A DNA stretch of 64,000 nt, from NCBI GenBank assembly GCA_964549265.1, contig CAZJWE010000001.1:230-64229 (forward strand). Direction: 5' to 3'. Both the position numbers and the translations under genes were made by a program. Under the pieces are notes generated by a model, which did no database searches, was not told where the DNA came from, and saw nothing but the letters and a program-made list of their open reading frames with translations. Below, piece after piece: positions 1 to 8,315 of this stretch (its first letter is position 1; the number at the start of each line of letters is the position of its first letter). The DNA is from an uncultured Bacteroidales bacterium (GTDB lineage: Bacteria; Bacteroidota; Bacteroidia; Bacteroidales; JBBRXJ01).

Positions 1-560
1 CCATCAATGTAAACCATGTCAACACGTTGTATTTTATTTAAAATTACAGGAAGCTCTTTGTCAAAATTTCCATTTACAGGATGGATGTTTTTTAAGTCAA
101 GGGATGAAAAGTTATTCAATGCAGCGCCGAAGCATTCCGGACATCCTTCAATACTATAAATTGTGTTGTTTCTGTTTCCCAACGCTAAATAACATGTGCT
201 GACACCCAATGAAGTTCCCAGTTCGATTGTGTTTTTGGGATTAATATGTCGGGCCAATCTGAATAATAACCTGCCGTATTTCTTTGAAACAGAAGAATGC
301 TTAACTAAATCTGAAATAAGTACATGATTGCTTTTTTGACGTTTTGATCCTTTACCCAAATCAAGTTTGTTGATTTGATCATGAGAAGCCTTCATTTGAC
401 TAATACGTTGTTCAATTTGTATATAATCATTATATTCACGTTTATCATTAAAAACAGTTGTTATAAGATTGAACAGGAAAGGTGAATGAATTCCATATCC
501 CTTTTTGTATTTTGCTGTGGCTTTATACGATAAATATTTTAATAATGAATATATCATCAT
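1..560 (-). CDS. class I SAM-dependent methyltransferase (O-methyltransferase-like); C-terminus lies beyond the window
   Basis: Absent from the ORF track because it is open at the window edge. Minus-strand translation from the ATG at 560-558 gives MMIYSLLKYLSYKATAKYKKGYGIHSPFLFNLITTVF...KNTIELGTSLGVSTCYLALGN...RVDMVYIDG. ELGTSLG resembles SAM-binding motif I. Confidence 0.5.
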   Translation of the reverse strand, partial: MMIYSLLKYLSYKATAKYKKGYGIHSPFLFNLITTVFNDKREYNDYIQIEQRISQMKASHDQINKLDLGKGSKRQKSNHVLISDLVKHSSVSKKYGRLLFRLARHINPKNTIELGTSLGVSTCYLALGNRNNTIYSIEGCPECFGAALNNFSSLDLKNIHPVNGNFDKELPVILNKIQRVDMVYID

Positions 561-726
561 GTTATAGCGTTGAATAGGTTAAAAGACTGTATTTGAATTG
601 CCAAATTTAATAATATTTTTTGACGGCCTTTTTTAAAAAATATTTTATTTTATATATTTACTATCTGTAAAGTATCATTATAAACTACAACAATATATTT
701 ATTCTAATAATTAAACATATCAGACT

Positions 727-2106
727 ATGACAAAACAACGAAAAATTTATTTAACCGAAAAAGAGATGCCAACACAATGGTATAATCTTGCAGCAGATTT
801 GCCTCATCCTGTGCAACCACCGCTTGGGCCAGATGGCCAACCGCTGACACCAGATAAATTAGCACCTGTTTTCCCAATGAATTTGATTGAGCAGGAAGTA
901 AGTACAGAACGATGGATTGACATACCGGAAGGGATTTTAGATATTCTTACCCGCTGGAGGCCCGCACCCTTGCACAGAGCTTATGACTTGGAAAAAGCAC
1001 TTGGAACCCCTGCAAGGATATATTATAAAAATGAAAGTTTATCTCCACCCGGAAGCCACAAGCCAAACACAGCAGTTGCACAAGCATGGTATAATAAAGA
1101 ATTTGGTATTAAAAAACTTACAACCGAAACCGGAGCGGGCCAATGGGGTAGTGCTTTGAGTTTTGCAGGAGCGTTATTAGGATTGGATGTGAAAATATAT
1201 ATGGTTAGGGTTAGTTTTGACCAAAAACCTATGCGGAAAACCATGATGCAAGCATGGGGAGGAAAATGTGTGCCCAGTCCTAACCCAAACACCAATATTG
1301 GAAAAAAAATACTTGAAAAATACCCTGACACACCCGGAAGCCTCGGTATTGCTATTAGTGAAGCCATTGAAGAAGCAGTATCTGATTCAAAAGGAGAAAC
1401 CAGGTATGCACTTGGTAGTGTATTAAATCATGTCATGCTGCATCAAACCATCATAGGGCTTGAAGCCAAAAAACAACTTGATAAAATTGATGAAAAAAAC
1501 CCCGACATTGTCATTGGTTGTGCAGGGGGAGGAAGTAATTTTGCCGGGTTGGCATTTCCTTTTGTAAATGATAAAATAAATGGTGCTAATATAGATATTA
1601 TCCCAACCGAACCCACATCATGTCCCACTTTAACAAAAGCCAAATTTTTATATGACCATGGAGATCAGGCAAAACTAACACCATTACTTCCAATGTACAC
1701 CCTCGGACATAATTTTATCCCTCCGCCAATTCATGCTGGTGGCCTACGGTATCATGGAATGGCTCCACTTGTTAGCCAGGCAGTTGTTGATGGCCTGCTG
1801 GCACCCAGGTCTATCCACCAGTTAGAATGTTACAAAGCAGGAGTTTTATTTGCAAGAACCGAAGGCATTATTCCTGCTCCTGAAACAACTCATGCAATTG
1901 CTGCTACAATACAAGAAGCCAATAAAGCAAAAGAAGAAGGCAAAGAAAAAGTCATTTTATTTAACTTCAGCGGACATGGAATGATGGACCTTGTTGGGTA
2001 TGAAAAATACTTTGCTGGTGAATTAATAGATTATGAACTACCTGATGAAGAAATTAATGAGTTTTTAGAAGAAATCAAGGATTATCCAAAACCCAAAACA
2101 TATTAA
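727..2106 (+). CDS. TrpB-like (TrpB2) PLP-dependent enzyme, tryptophan synthase beta family
   Basis: 459-aa ORF with the long N-terminal extension, [11 protein letters not shown] (PLP-lysine region) and [11 protein letters not shown] glycine loop typical of stand-alone TrpB2. There is no trpA neighbour. Confidence 0.85.
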   Translation: MTKQRKIYLTEKEMPTQWYNLAADLPHPVQPPLGPDGQPLTPDKLAPVFPMNLIEQEVSTERWIDIPEGILDILTRWRPAPLHRAYDLEKALGTPARIYYKNESLSPPGSHKPNTAVAQAWYNKEFGIKKLTTETGAGQWGSALSFAGALLGLDVKIYMVRVSFDQKPMRKTMMQAWGGKCVPSPNPNTNIGKKILEKYPDTPGSLGIAISEAIEEAVSDSKGETRYALGSVLNHVMLHQTIIGLEAKKQLDKIDEKNPDIVIGCAGGGSNFAGLAFPFVNDKINGANIDIIPTEPTSCPTLTKAKFLYDHGDQAKLTPLLPMYTLGHNFIPPPIHAGGLRYHGMAPLVSQAVVDGLLAPRSIHQLECYKAGVLFARTEGIIPAPETTHAIAATIQEANKAKEEGKEKVILFNFSGHGMMDLVGYEKYFAGELIDYELPDEEINEFLEEIKDYPKPKTY

Positions 2107-2155
2107 TGTAATAGGAAACATTAATATTCGAATAATTTTTTAATATTTGAAGAAA

Positions 2156-2206
2156 GCTGGGTGCTGAGTCTTTACTCTTTTTTTGCACTCAGCACCCGGC
2201 TTTTTT
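2156..2206 (+). terminator. intrinsic terminator after the TrpB2 gene
   Basis: 14-bp stem GCTGGGTGCTGAGT / ACTCAGCACCCGGC (one G-U pair), ~17-nt loop, followed directly by TTTTTTATTT. Confidence 0.8.
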
Positions 2207-2283
2207 ATTTGTTTGGTTGATCCACAAAAAACATACTCTGTTTTTTTTATTATCTTTACTATATAATTTTAAATTAAAAGTTC

Positions 2284-4566
2284 ATGAATAACGGCCGTTC
2301 ATCCGCTTTTTATACAATATACTTTACTGCAGGTGGATTTTGTATTGGCATCTGTCTTATTATCATTACTATTTTAGTTGATCTTGTGTATCAAAATATT
2401 GGCTTTTATGAATTAATGACATTACATGGTACCAGTTTTACATACATCCTATTGTATGCCTCTCCGGTATTGTTGGCATTATATGGTTATTGGTTTAGCC
2501 GTTTTTTTTCATCCCGGATTACAAGCCTTAATAATACAACAACTACATTAAAACAAAAAATCAATACCATTAAGATATTTATTGATAAACTGAAAAATAA
2601 TGAAACGGATATCAATTATGAATTCGATGAAGAACATGACGATATAGGACAATCATTAACTGATCTTAAAAATTACCTGAAAAGAAAAGAAGAAGAAGAA
2701 AAAAAACATAAACGCGAAGATTTGCAAAGAACCTGGATCAATGAAGGGATAGCCAAATTTAGTGATATACTCAGAAATAATAATGATGATTTGAAAGCAC
2801 TTTCATTCAATGTGATAAGTAAATTGGTTGAATATTTAGGTGCAAATCAGGGAGCCTTTTTTTTGTTGGAAGAGGAAGAAAATGTTCATGAAGGGACAGA
2901 AAAAGCATATTTTGAGATGACTGGTTGTTACGCATATGAGCGAAAAAAATATCCTGACAGAAGAGTAGAGTGGGGGGAAGGACTTGTCGGGACATGCGCT
3001 ATTGAGAAAGAAACCATTTATATGACAAATGTCCCTGAAACATATGTGAATATTACTTCGGGCCTTGGCAAAGCAACACCTCAAATTGTCTTAATCGTGC
3101 CTTTAAAGATTGAAAATAAAGTACACGGGGTACTTGAAATAGCTTCTTTTAATGAGATTCCAAGACACCAGGTAGCATTCGTAGAAAGAATTGCCAGTAA
3201 TATAACCTCTACATTAGCCAATGTGAAAGCTAATGAAAAAACATCCAGGCTGCTAAATGAATCAAGAAAACAGGCCGAAGAATTGTCTCAGAATGAAGAA
3301 GAAATGAGACAAAATATGGAAGAACTGCAAACGGCAAAAGAAGAAACAGCCAGGCAAACAGAAAAATTTATCACGTTTACAGATACGGTAAACCATTCAT
3401 TATTGAGAGCAGAATTTGATCTCGATAAAAACTTGTTGTTTGCGAATGAACGGTTTTACAATAAGTTAGGTTATTCAGGGAACAATATTGCAGGAAAGAA
3501 AATTTTTAAGTTTTTAAAATCCAGAGATAAAGAATGCATTGAAAATATCTGGGACAATTTACAAAAAGGAGGCGATCATTTTGAAGGTGAAATAAAATAC
3601 ACGACCAAACAAGGAAATGACCTTTGGACTTTGGCTACATACAGTGCTATTAAAGGACCGGATCAAATCATTGAAAAAATTCTGTTTCTTGGAATGGATA
3701 TTACACGCCTCCAACAACAAAATATTGTTTACAAAGGCCATGTAAAGGCTTTGGATAATAATGATGTCAAAGCAGAATTTACTGTGAAAGGAGAAATAAT
3801 GGATGCCAACATTTTATTTATAAACTCTCTGGGCTATGATTCATTTGATAAATTTGAAACAAAAACCATTTTTGATCTTATAGATAAATCCGAATTCCCC
3901 AATTTTGATGTCATTTGGGATGATATAACTGCCGGGAAAAAATATAATGAGGAAATATCACTGCTCACCAGGTCAGGTGGAGAAATATGGGTTAAAGTAA
4001 TCATTACCCCAATCAGAGATATTTATGGAGAAATTAACAGGATTCTTTTACTTGGGCATAATATTAGCGAATTCAAATCATTATCAGATAAATTAATAGA
4101 AAAAGAACAAACTATTGCACAACAACAAAAGGAAATAAATGAATCTGATAAAAAAATGGAAAAAGAGCTTAATAAAACAAAACGGGATATTAGAAAACAA
4201 TATAAAGACATTGAAAAAATAAAAATTAGAAATGAACAGATTCTGGAATTTGCCCCCGATGCAATTGTAACATTTGATCATCTCGGAAATATTTTATCTT
4301 TTAATCAACTTGCAGAACAGTTATGGGGTTATGAAAAAGAACAGGCCATTGGTTCTCGCATTGAAATGCTATTTTCTGAAAAACTTATTCAAAAAGATGA
4401 TTTTATTGCAAAACTGATTACTCCGGGAGAAGAAAAAATAACAAACAAAAAAGTACAATCATCTATTTCAACATTCAAAGGAGATGACATTACAGTGAAA
4501 ATATATCTTTCAAGCCTTCTTACCGCGAAAGAAAAAATTTTCACTCTTTTTGTAGAAAAACACTAG
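2284..4566 (+). CDS. membrane-anchored GAF / coiled-coil / multi-PAS sensor protein without a recognisable output domain
   Basis: 760 aa. The N-terminus has hydrophobic helices (FYTIYFTAGGFCIGICLIIITILV, FTYILLYASPVLLALYGYWF). The GAF-like block runs RTWINEGIAKFSDILR...LVGTCAIEKETIY...IVPLKIENKVHGVLEIASF, followed by the acidic coiled coil QAEELSQNEEEMRQNMEELQTAKEE and several PAS-like repeats. The protein ends without a kinase, cyclase or HTH. Confidence 0.75.
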   Translation: MNNGRSSAFYTIYFTAGGFCIGICLIIITILVDLVYQNIGFYELMTLHGTSFTYILLYASPVLLALYGYWFSRFFSSRITSLNNTTTTLKQKINTIKIFIDKLKNNETDINYEFDEEHDDIGQSLTDLKNYLKRKEEEEKKHKREDLQRTWINEGIAKFSDILRNNNDDLKALSFNVISKLVEYLGANQGAFFLLEEEENVHEGTEKAYFEMTGCYAYERKKYPDRRVEWGEGLVGTCAIEKETIYMTNVPETYVNITSGLGKATPQIVLIVPLKIENKVHGVLEIASFNEIPRHQVAFVERIASNITSTLANVKANEKTSRLLNESRKQAEELSQNEEEMRQNMEELQTAKEETARQTEKFITFTDTVNHSLLRAEFDLDKNLLFANERFYNKLGYSGNNIAGKKIFKFLKSRDKECIENIWDNLQKGGDHFEGEIKYTTKQGNDLWTLATYSAIKGPDQIIEKILFLGMDITRLQQQNIVYKGHVKALDNNDVKAEFTVKGEIMDANILFINSLGYDSFDKFETKTIFDLIDKSEFPNFDVIWDDITAGKKYNEEISLLTRSGGEIWVKVIITPIRDIYGEINRILLLGHNISEFKSLSDKLIEKEQTIAQQQKEINESDKKMEKELNKTKRDIRKQYKDIEKIKIRNEQILEFAPDAIVTFDHLGNILSFNQLAEQLWGYEKEQAIGSRIEMLFSEKLIQKDDFIAKLITPGEEKITNKKVQSSISTFKGDDITVKIYLSSLLTAKEKIFTLFVEKH

Positions 4567-4685
4567 CGATGGATTTTTGTAAAATACTGTATTAATATAA
4601 ATTAAAGGCTTTTCATTTGTATTTTATGAATAATGCTGGTTAAAGAAAAATGAAAGCAGATACAGGAAAGTATGTTTATTTTTTA

Positions 4686-4693
4686 TAATTTTG
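4686..4693 (+). promoter_or_regulatory. candidate Bacteroidota sigma-A -7 box for tRNA-Arg
   Basis: TAATTTTG fits TAnnTTTG and ends 19 nt upstream of the tRNA 5' end. Confidence 0.4.
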
Positions 4694-4712
4694 CATCACT
4701 TTACACAAACAT

Positions 4713-4786
<74 letters not shown>

Positions 4787-4792
4787 CAAAAA

Positions 4793-4837
4793 CAGAATAG
4801 AGAGTGAGAGTGGGAGCGAGCTTCTCACTCTATTCTG
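4793..4837 (+). terminator. strong hairpin immediately after tRNA-Arg (possible terminator or processing structure)
   Basis: CAGAATAGAG(AG)TGAGA pairs with TCTCACTCTATTCTG: 10 bp, a 2-nt bulge, then 5-6 bp, with an 11-nt loop. It is flanked by A-runs on both sides rather than a 3' T-run. Confidence 0.45.
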
Positions 4838-4958
4838 AAAAAACACCCACTGTTTGATTTTTCAAAAGTTAATGGCATGAATTTTCCGGGTTAAATGTTA
4901 GTTATATCAAATTTCCATGCAACACTTTTTATGAAATTTCGTTAGTATTTACCATCAA

Positions 4959-5600
4959 ATGATCCTTGATATGCACTCAACTCTTATCAAAGCAAAATAT
5001 TTTATTTTAATATTGTGCATAACCGGAGTTATAGGCCTAAGCATTCCCTTAACGCAGAACATATTTATCCGGTTAACACCGTATTATCTGCTCACCACTA
5101 TGTTGGTGTTGTTTTACTTTCATCAGGAGTGGGATAAAAAAATCATTTATAATTTAATATCTATTGCAGTCATCGGGTATTTTCTTGAAGTAGTGGGGGT
5201 CAACACAGGACAGGTGTTCGGAACATATCATTATGGCAGTGCATTGGGAATAAAAATTTTACAAACGCCTTTGCTCATAGGGTTGAATTGGTTGATGTTG
5301 ATATATTGTGCCTTTGTGGTATCCAATAAAATTTTGGCACATAAATATGTCAAAGCAATCATCGGAGCCCTGCTGTTACTGACGTATGACATCATCCTTG
5401 AGCCAACAGCCATTAAACTGGATATGTGGAATTGGGAAACTCCCCACATACCCCTGCAGAATTATATCATTTGGTTCTTATTTTCTTTGAGTGTCTTATT
5501 AATCCTTTATCACCGAAGGGTTGTAATAAAAAATCCAATTGCGGTATATATTTTGACATTACAAATAGGATTCTTTTTATTTTTACGCTTTACACTATAA
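4959..5600 (+). CDS. carotenoid biosynthesis membrane protein (PF04240 / CruF-like carotenoid 1,2-hydratase family)
   Basis: 213-aa polytopic membrane protein with ILEPTAIKLDMWNWE. It lies 9 bp upstream of crtW. Confidence 0.55.
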   Translation: MILDMHSTLIKAKYFILILCITGVIGLSIPLTQNIFIRLTPYYLLTTMLVLFYFHQEWDKKIIYNLISIAVIGYFLEVVGVNTGQVFGTYHYGSALGIKILQTPLLIGLNWLMLIYCAFVVSNKILAHKYVKAIIGALLLLTYDIILEPTAIKLDMWNWETPHIPLQNYIIWFLFSLSVLLILYHRRVVIKNPIAVYILTLQIGFFLFLRFTL

Positions 5601-5609
5601 ATTTATAGA

Positions 5610-6284
5610 ATGGGATTAATTATTGCATTGCTAATTATATTTTTATGGGCTGCTCATCTTTTGTATAGTCTATTATTTGTTAACCCTCAATTAAATAATC
5701 CTGATTTATACATACATATAGCCGTGCAGGGATATTTATATACCGGCCTTTTCATTACAGGACACGATGCCATGCACAGGACAGTGTTTTCGAATAAAAA
5801 AGTGAATGATGCCATAGGCTGGATTGCAAGCCTTTTATTTGCCGGTATGTCTTACAAAATGTTGAAAAAAAATCATTTCAGGCATCACCGGTTTCCCGGG
5901 ACTAAAGACGATCCTGATTTTTATACCGGGAAACAATATTTTTTATCATGGTGGGCTGTTTTTATGTACAGGTATCTTACGATATCACAGATTATTATAA
6001 TGGCTGTTGTATTTAATGTGTTATTGTTGTGGTTCACAGAAAAAGCTATTATATCGTATTGGGTTATCCCTGCTTTTTTAGGAACTTTTCAATTGTTTTA
6101 TTTCGGCACCTACCGCCCACATAAATATCCTCATACCTCTTCTATGCAGCCTTATAATGCCCGTACCCAGAAAAAGAATCATGTGTATGCCATGCTTTCA
6201 TGTTATTTTTTCGGGTATCATTATGAGCATCATCAATTTCCCCGGACACCCTGGTGGAAGCTTTCTACAACAAAATCACGTTAA
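5610..6284 (+). CDS. crtW: beta-carotene ketolase CrtW (fatty-acid desaturase family)
   Basis: Three His boxes (HDAMH, HFRHHRF, HYEHHQFP) and close resemblance along its length to Paracoccus-type CrtW (DDPDF, FGTYRPH, PWWKL). Confidence 0.8.
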   Translation: MGLIIALLIIFLWAAHLLYSLLFVNPQLNNPDLYIHIAVQGYLYTGLFITGHDAMHRTVFSNKKVNDAIGWIASLLFAGMSYKMLKKNHFRHHRFPGTKDDPDFYTGKQYFLSWWAVFMYRYLTISQIIIMAVVFNVLLLWFTEKAIISYWVIPAFLGTFQLFYFGTYRPHKYPHTSSMQPYNARTQKKNHVYAMLSCYFFGYHYEHHQFPRTPWWKLSTTKSR

Positions 6285-6294
6285 CTCAGACAAT

Positions 6295-6912
6295 ATGATA
6301 AAAGCAAAGCATAACCAGTTTTATGTATGGATGTTTAGACATTACATTGGGTTTTCATTAAAAAAACATTTTAATAAGATTAATATTAAAGGTGATGTAC
6401 ATTTACAGGATAGTAAATCGATCTTGCTGATTGGAAATCATTTTAGCTGGTGGGACGGGCATTTTGCTTATTACCTGAACGACAGGTTTTTGCATAAGAG
6501 GTTTTATGTAATGATGCTCGAGGAGCAGTTGAAAAAATATCCTTCCATCAATAAAGCAGGTGCATTTGGTATTAACCCCCGGGGTAAAGATTTGGCCAAT
6601 GGCATTGAATACAGTGCCAATATTCTCAATGCTCCTGAAAACATGCTTGCGATGTTTCCACAGGGGGAATTTGCATCGCTCTATCATTACCCGGTTTCTT
6701 TCCAACGAGGGGTATATAAAATCATTGAAAAAGTAAAGGGCGAATTTGTTATTGTTTTCATGGCCTCCCTGATAGATTATTTTTCATCAAAAAAGCCTTG
6801 CCTTACACTCAGCTTAAAACAATATGATTCATCTTTTTTCACCGGGATCAATCATTTGGAAGATGAATATAACCGACATTTATTGAGTAGTATACGGGAG
6901 CAAGAAGAGTGA
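6295..6912 (+). CDS. lysophospholipid / 1-acyl-glycerol-3-phosphate acyltransferase-family protein
   Basis: Start moved to the ATG at 6295 (MIKAKHN...), 10 bp after the crtW stop; the 6157 start would overlap crtW. HX4D acyltransferase motif NHFSWWDGH and FPQGE block. Confidence 0.65.
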   Translation: MIKAKHNQFYVWMFRHYIGFSLKKHFNKINIKGDVHLQDSKSILLIGNHFSWWDGHFAYYLNDRFLHKRFYVMMLEEQLKKYPSINKAGAFGINPRGKDLANGIEYSANILNAPENMLAMFPQGEFASLYHYPVSFQRGVYKIIEKVKGEFVIVFMASLIDYFSSKKPCLTLSLKQYDSSFFTGINHLEDEYNRHLLSSIREQEE

Positions 6913-6935
6913 TTTTTAAAAACACAATTTTAAAA

Positions 6936-6979
6936 AGTTTATCAACCACTTATTAGAATAGAGCCACAATTAATAATTA
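6936..6979 (-). repeat. copy of a short dispersed intergenic repeat (see findings)
   Basis: The reverse complement reads TAATTATTAATTGTGGCTCTATTCTAATAAGTGGTTGATAAACT. It shares TAATTATTAATTGT (14/14) and GGCTCTATTCTAA (13/13) with 59069-59118. Confidence 0.7.
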
Positions 6980-7002
6980 GCAATTCCTAAACAACTTCTC
7001 TA

Positions 7003-7929
7003 TCACTTCTTCCCAGCCATTTCCTCAAACATTTTTTTCTCTTTATCTGAAAGATTTTTAGGGACTTTTATCCTGGTAGTCACGTATAAATCGCCTTTTT
7101 TTCGGTTATCACTATAATCGGGTATTCCGAGTCCTTTTAAACGGAATCGTTTGCCTCCATCTGTTCCTTTGGGGATGGTGATGTTTTTGGATCCGTTGAG
7201 GGTATCCACCTGTATTTTACCACCCAATACAGCGGTTGGCATATCTACAGGTACGTCCCTGTAAATATCATTGTCTTTTCGTTCGAAAACAGGATGTGCG
7301 TTGATGTTCACTTTTAATAACAAGTCACCGGGGTGTTGGCCTTTGCCGCCTTTCCCCTTTATCCTGAGTATCTGTCCGTCTTTTACGCCCGGCCGTACAT
7401 TGAACTTGATCTTTTGGCCGTTAACATTCAGGATTTTGCTTGTGCCGTTATATGCGTCTTCCAGGCTCAAGTTAATCGTACTTTGATAGTCCTGGCCGCG
7501 GGGTTGTTCCGGCCTGTAACCGGTTGAGCTGTATGTTTTTCTTCCCGCACCTCTAAAAAATTGATTAAAGAAGTCGGAAAAACCACCAACATCGCCAAAC
7601 AGGTCCTCAAAATCAGAAGCCTGTCCGAATCCGCTACGGGTTGAACCCTGGCCTTTTGTGCCAAAACCAAATCCCGAAAACCCCTGATCGCCATATTGCT
7701 GGTATTTATTCCAGTTGGCACCAAGCTGATCATATTTTTTCCTTTTCTCTGGATCTTTCAGCACCTCATAAGCTTCATTGACATCCTTAAATGTCTTATC
7801 CGCTTTTTTGTCATCCGGGTTCTTGTCCGGATGATATTTTAAAGCCAATTTACGGTATGCCTTTTTGATCTCATCCTGACTCGCCTTTTTGTTAACACCA
7901 AGTATTTTATAATAATCTTTATATTCCAT
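7003..7929 (-). CDS. cbpA: J-domain co-chaperone, CbpA-type (DnaJ without zinc finger)
   Basis: J domain DYYKILGV...KYHPDKN, a G/F-rich linker, DnaJ C-terminal domains and no CxxCxGxG repeats. Confidence 0.8.
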   Translation of the reverse strand: MEYKDYYKILGVNKKASQDEIKKAYRKLALKYHPDKNPDDKKADKTFKDVNEAYEVLKDPEKRKKYDQLGANWNKYQQYGDQGFSGFGFGTKGQGSTRSGFGQASDFEDLFGDVGGFSDFFNQFFRGAGRKTYSSTGYRPEQPRGQDYQSTINLSLEDAYNGTSKILNVNGQKIKFNVRPGVKDGQILRIKGKGGKGQHPGDLLLKVNINAHPVFERKDNDIYRDVPVDMPTAVLGGKIQVDTLNGSKNITIPKGTDGGKRFRLKGLGIPDYSDNRKKGDLYVTTRIKVPKNLSDKEKKMFEEMAGKK

Positions 7930-7964
7930 AATTTAGCTCATTTTATTTCTGTCATATGAACCGT

Positions 7965-8019
7965 CCATGATAAAATAATTATGATATTAACATACACGAA
8001 CATGATTATTTTATCATGG
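7965..8019. promoter_or_regulatory. long AT-rich inverted repeat in the cbpA/hsp20 divergent region
   Basis: CCATGATAAAATAAT (7965-7979) and ATTATTTTATCATGG (8005-8019) are perfect complements. The stem is extendable to ~19 bp with one G-T. It lies 36-90 nt upstream of the cbpA-like ATG. Confidence 0.6.
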
Positions 8020-8120
8020 TAAGTTCCACCTGACCATTAAAAATTAAAAATAAACAGATGAATCGTTAATTTTTTTATGTTATTCAAATTTTTTGCCAAT
8101 ATTTCTCCCATTAAAAACAA

Positions 8121-8162
8121 GTCAATTTGACATAATTTGATCTAAAAAAGCGTCAAAATGAC
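8121..8162. promoter_or_regulatory. two related palindromes GTCAATTTGAC and GTCAAAATGAC, centres 31 bp apart
   Basis: 8121-8131 and 8152-8162; half-sites GTCA/TGAC. Located ~80-120 bp upstream of the sigma-54-like element. Confidence 0.4.
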
Positions 8163-8239
8163 AGTGTGTTTATAAAATAAATAGTATTTTAATTAAAAAT
8201 GTCATCCCATCAATAAAAATTGATGGCAATTTAACCATT

Positions 8240-8254
8240 TGGCATGTAACTTGA
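8240..8254 (+). promoter_or_regulatory. sigma-54-like -24/-12 element upstream of hsp20
   Basis: TGGCATG-TAAC-TTGAA versus consensus TGGCACG-N4-TTGCW; GG and the -13 G are correctly spaced. It ends 62 nt before the hsp20 ATG. Confidence 0.3.
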
Positions 8255-8301
8255 AAACATAATTGGAAAAATTATTTTTTTAAAATGTATAATTAAAATA
8301 G

Positions 8302-8307
8302 AGGAGG
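8302..8307 (+). promoter_or_regulatory. perfect Shine-Dalgarno AGGAGG for hsp20
   Basis: AGGAGG lies 8 nt upstream of the ATG at 8316. Most other genes in the window have no SD-like sequence. Confidence 0.6.
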
Positions 8308-8315
8308 GCATAACC

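Noticed and set aside
1023-1367. Numerous 60-156-aa antisense or off-frame ORFs inside long genes, for example 1023..1367, 11154..11531, 16199..16540, 22322..22744, 24097..24561 and 60840..61310.
   Set aside because: Each is nested within a longer ORF that has clear family signatures. These are shadow ORFs and none shows a recognisable motif.
6157-6294. A long upstream extension of the acyltransferase ORF overlapping crtW. Similar extensions occur at 21642-21722 (permease) and 9825-9893 (GntR).
   Set aside because: The extensions overlap the preceding gene or the promoter/operator region. Internal Met codons give compact spacing and family-typical N-termini.
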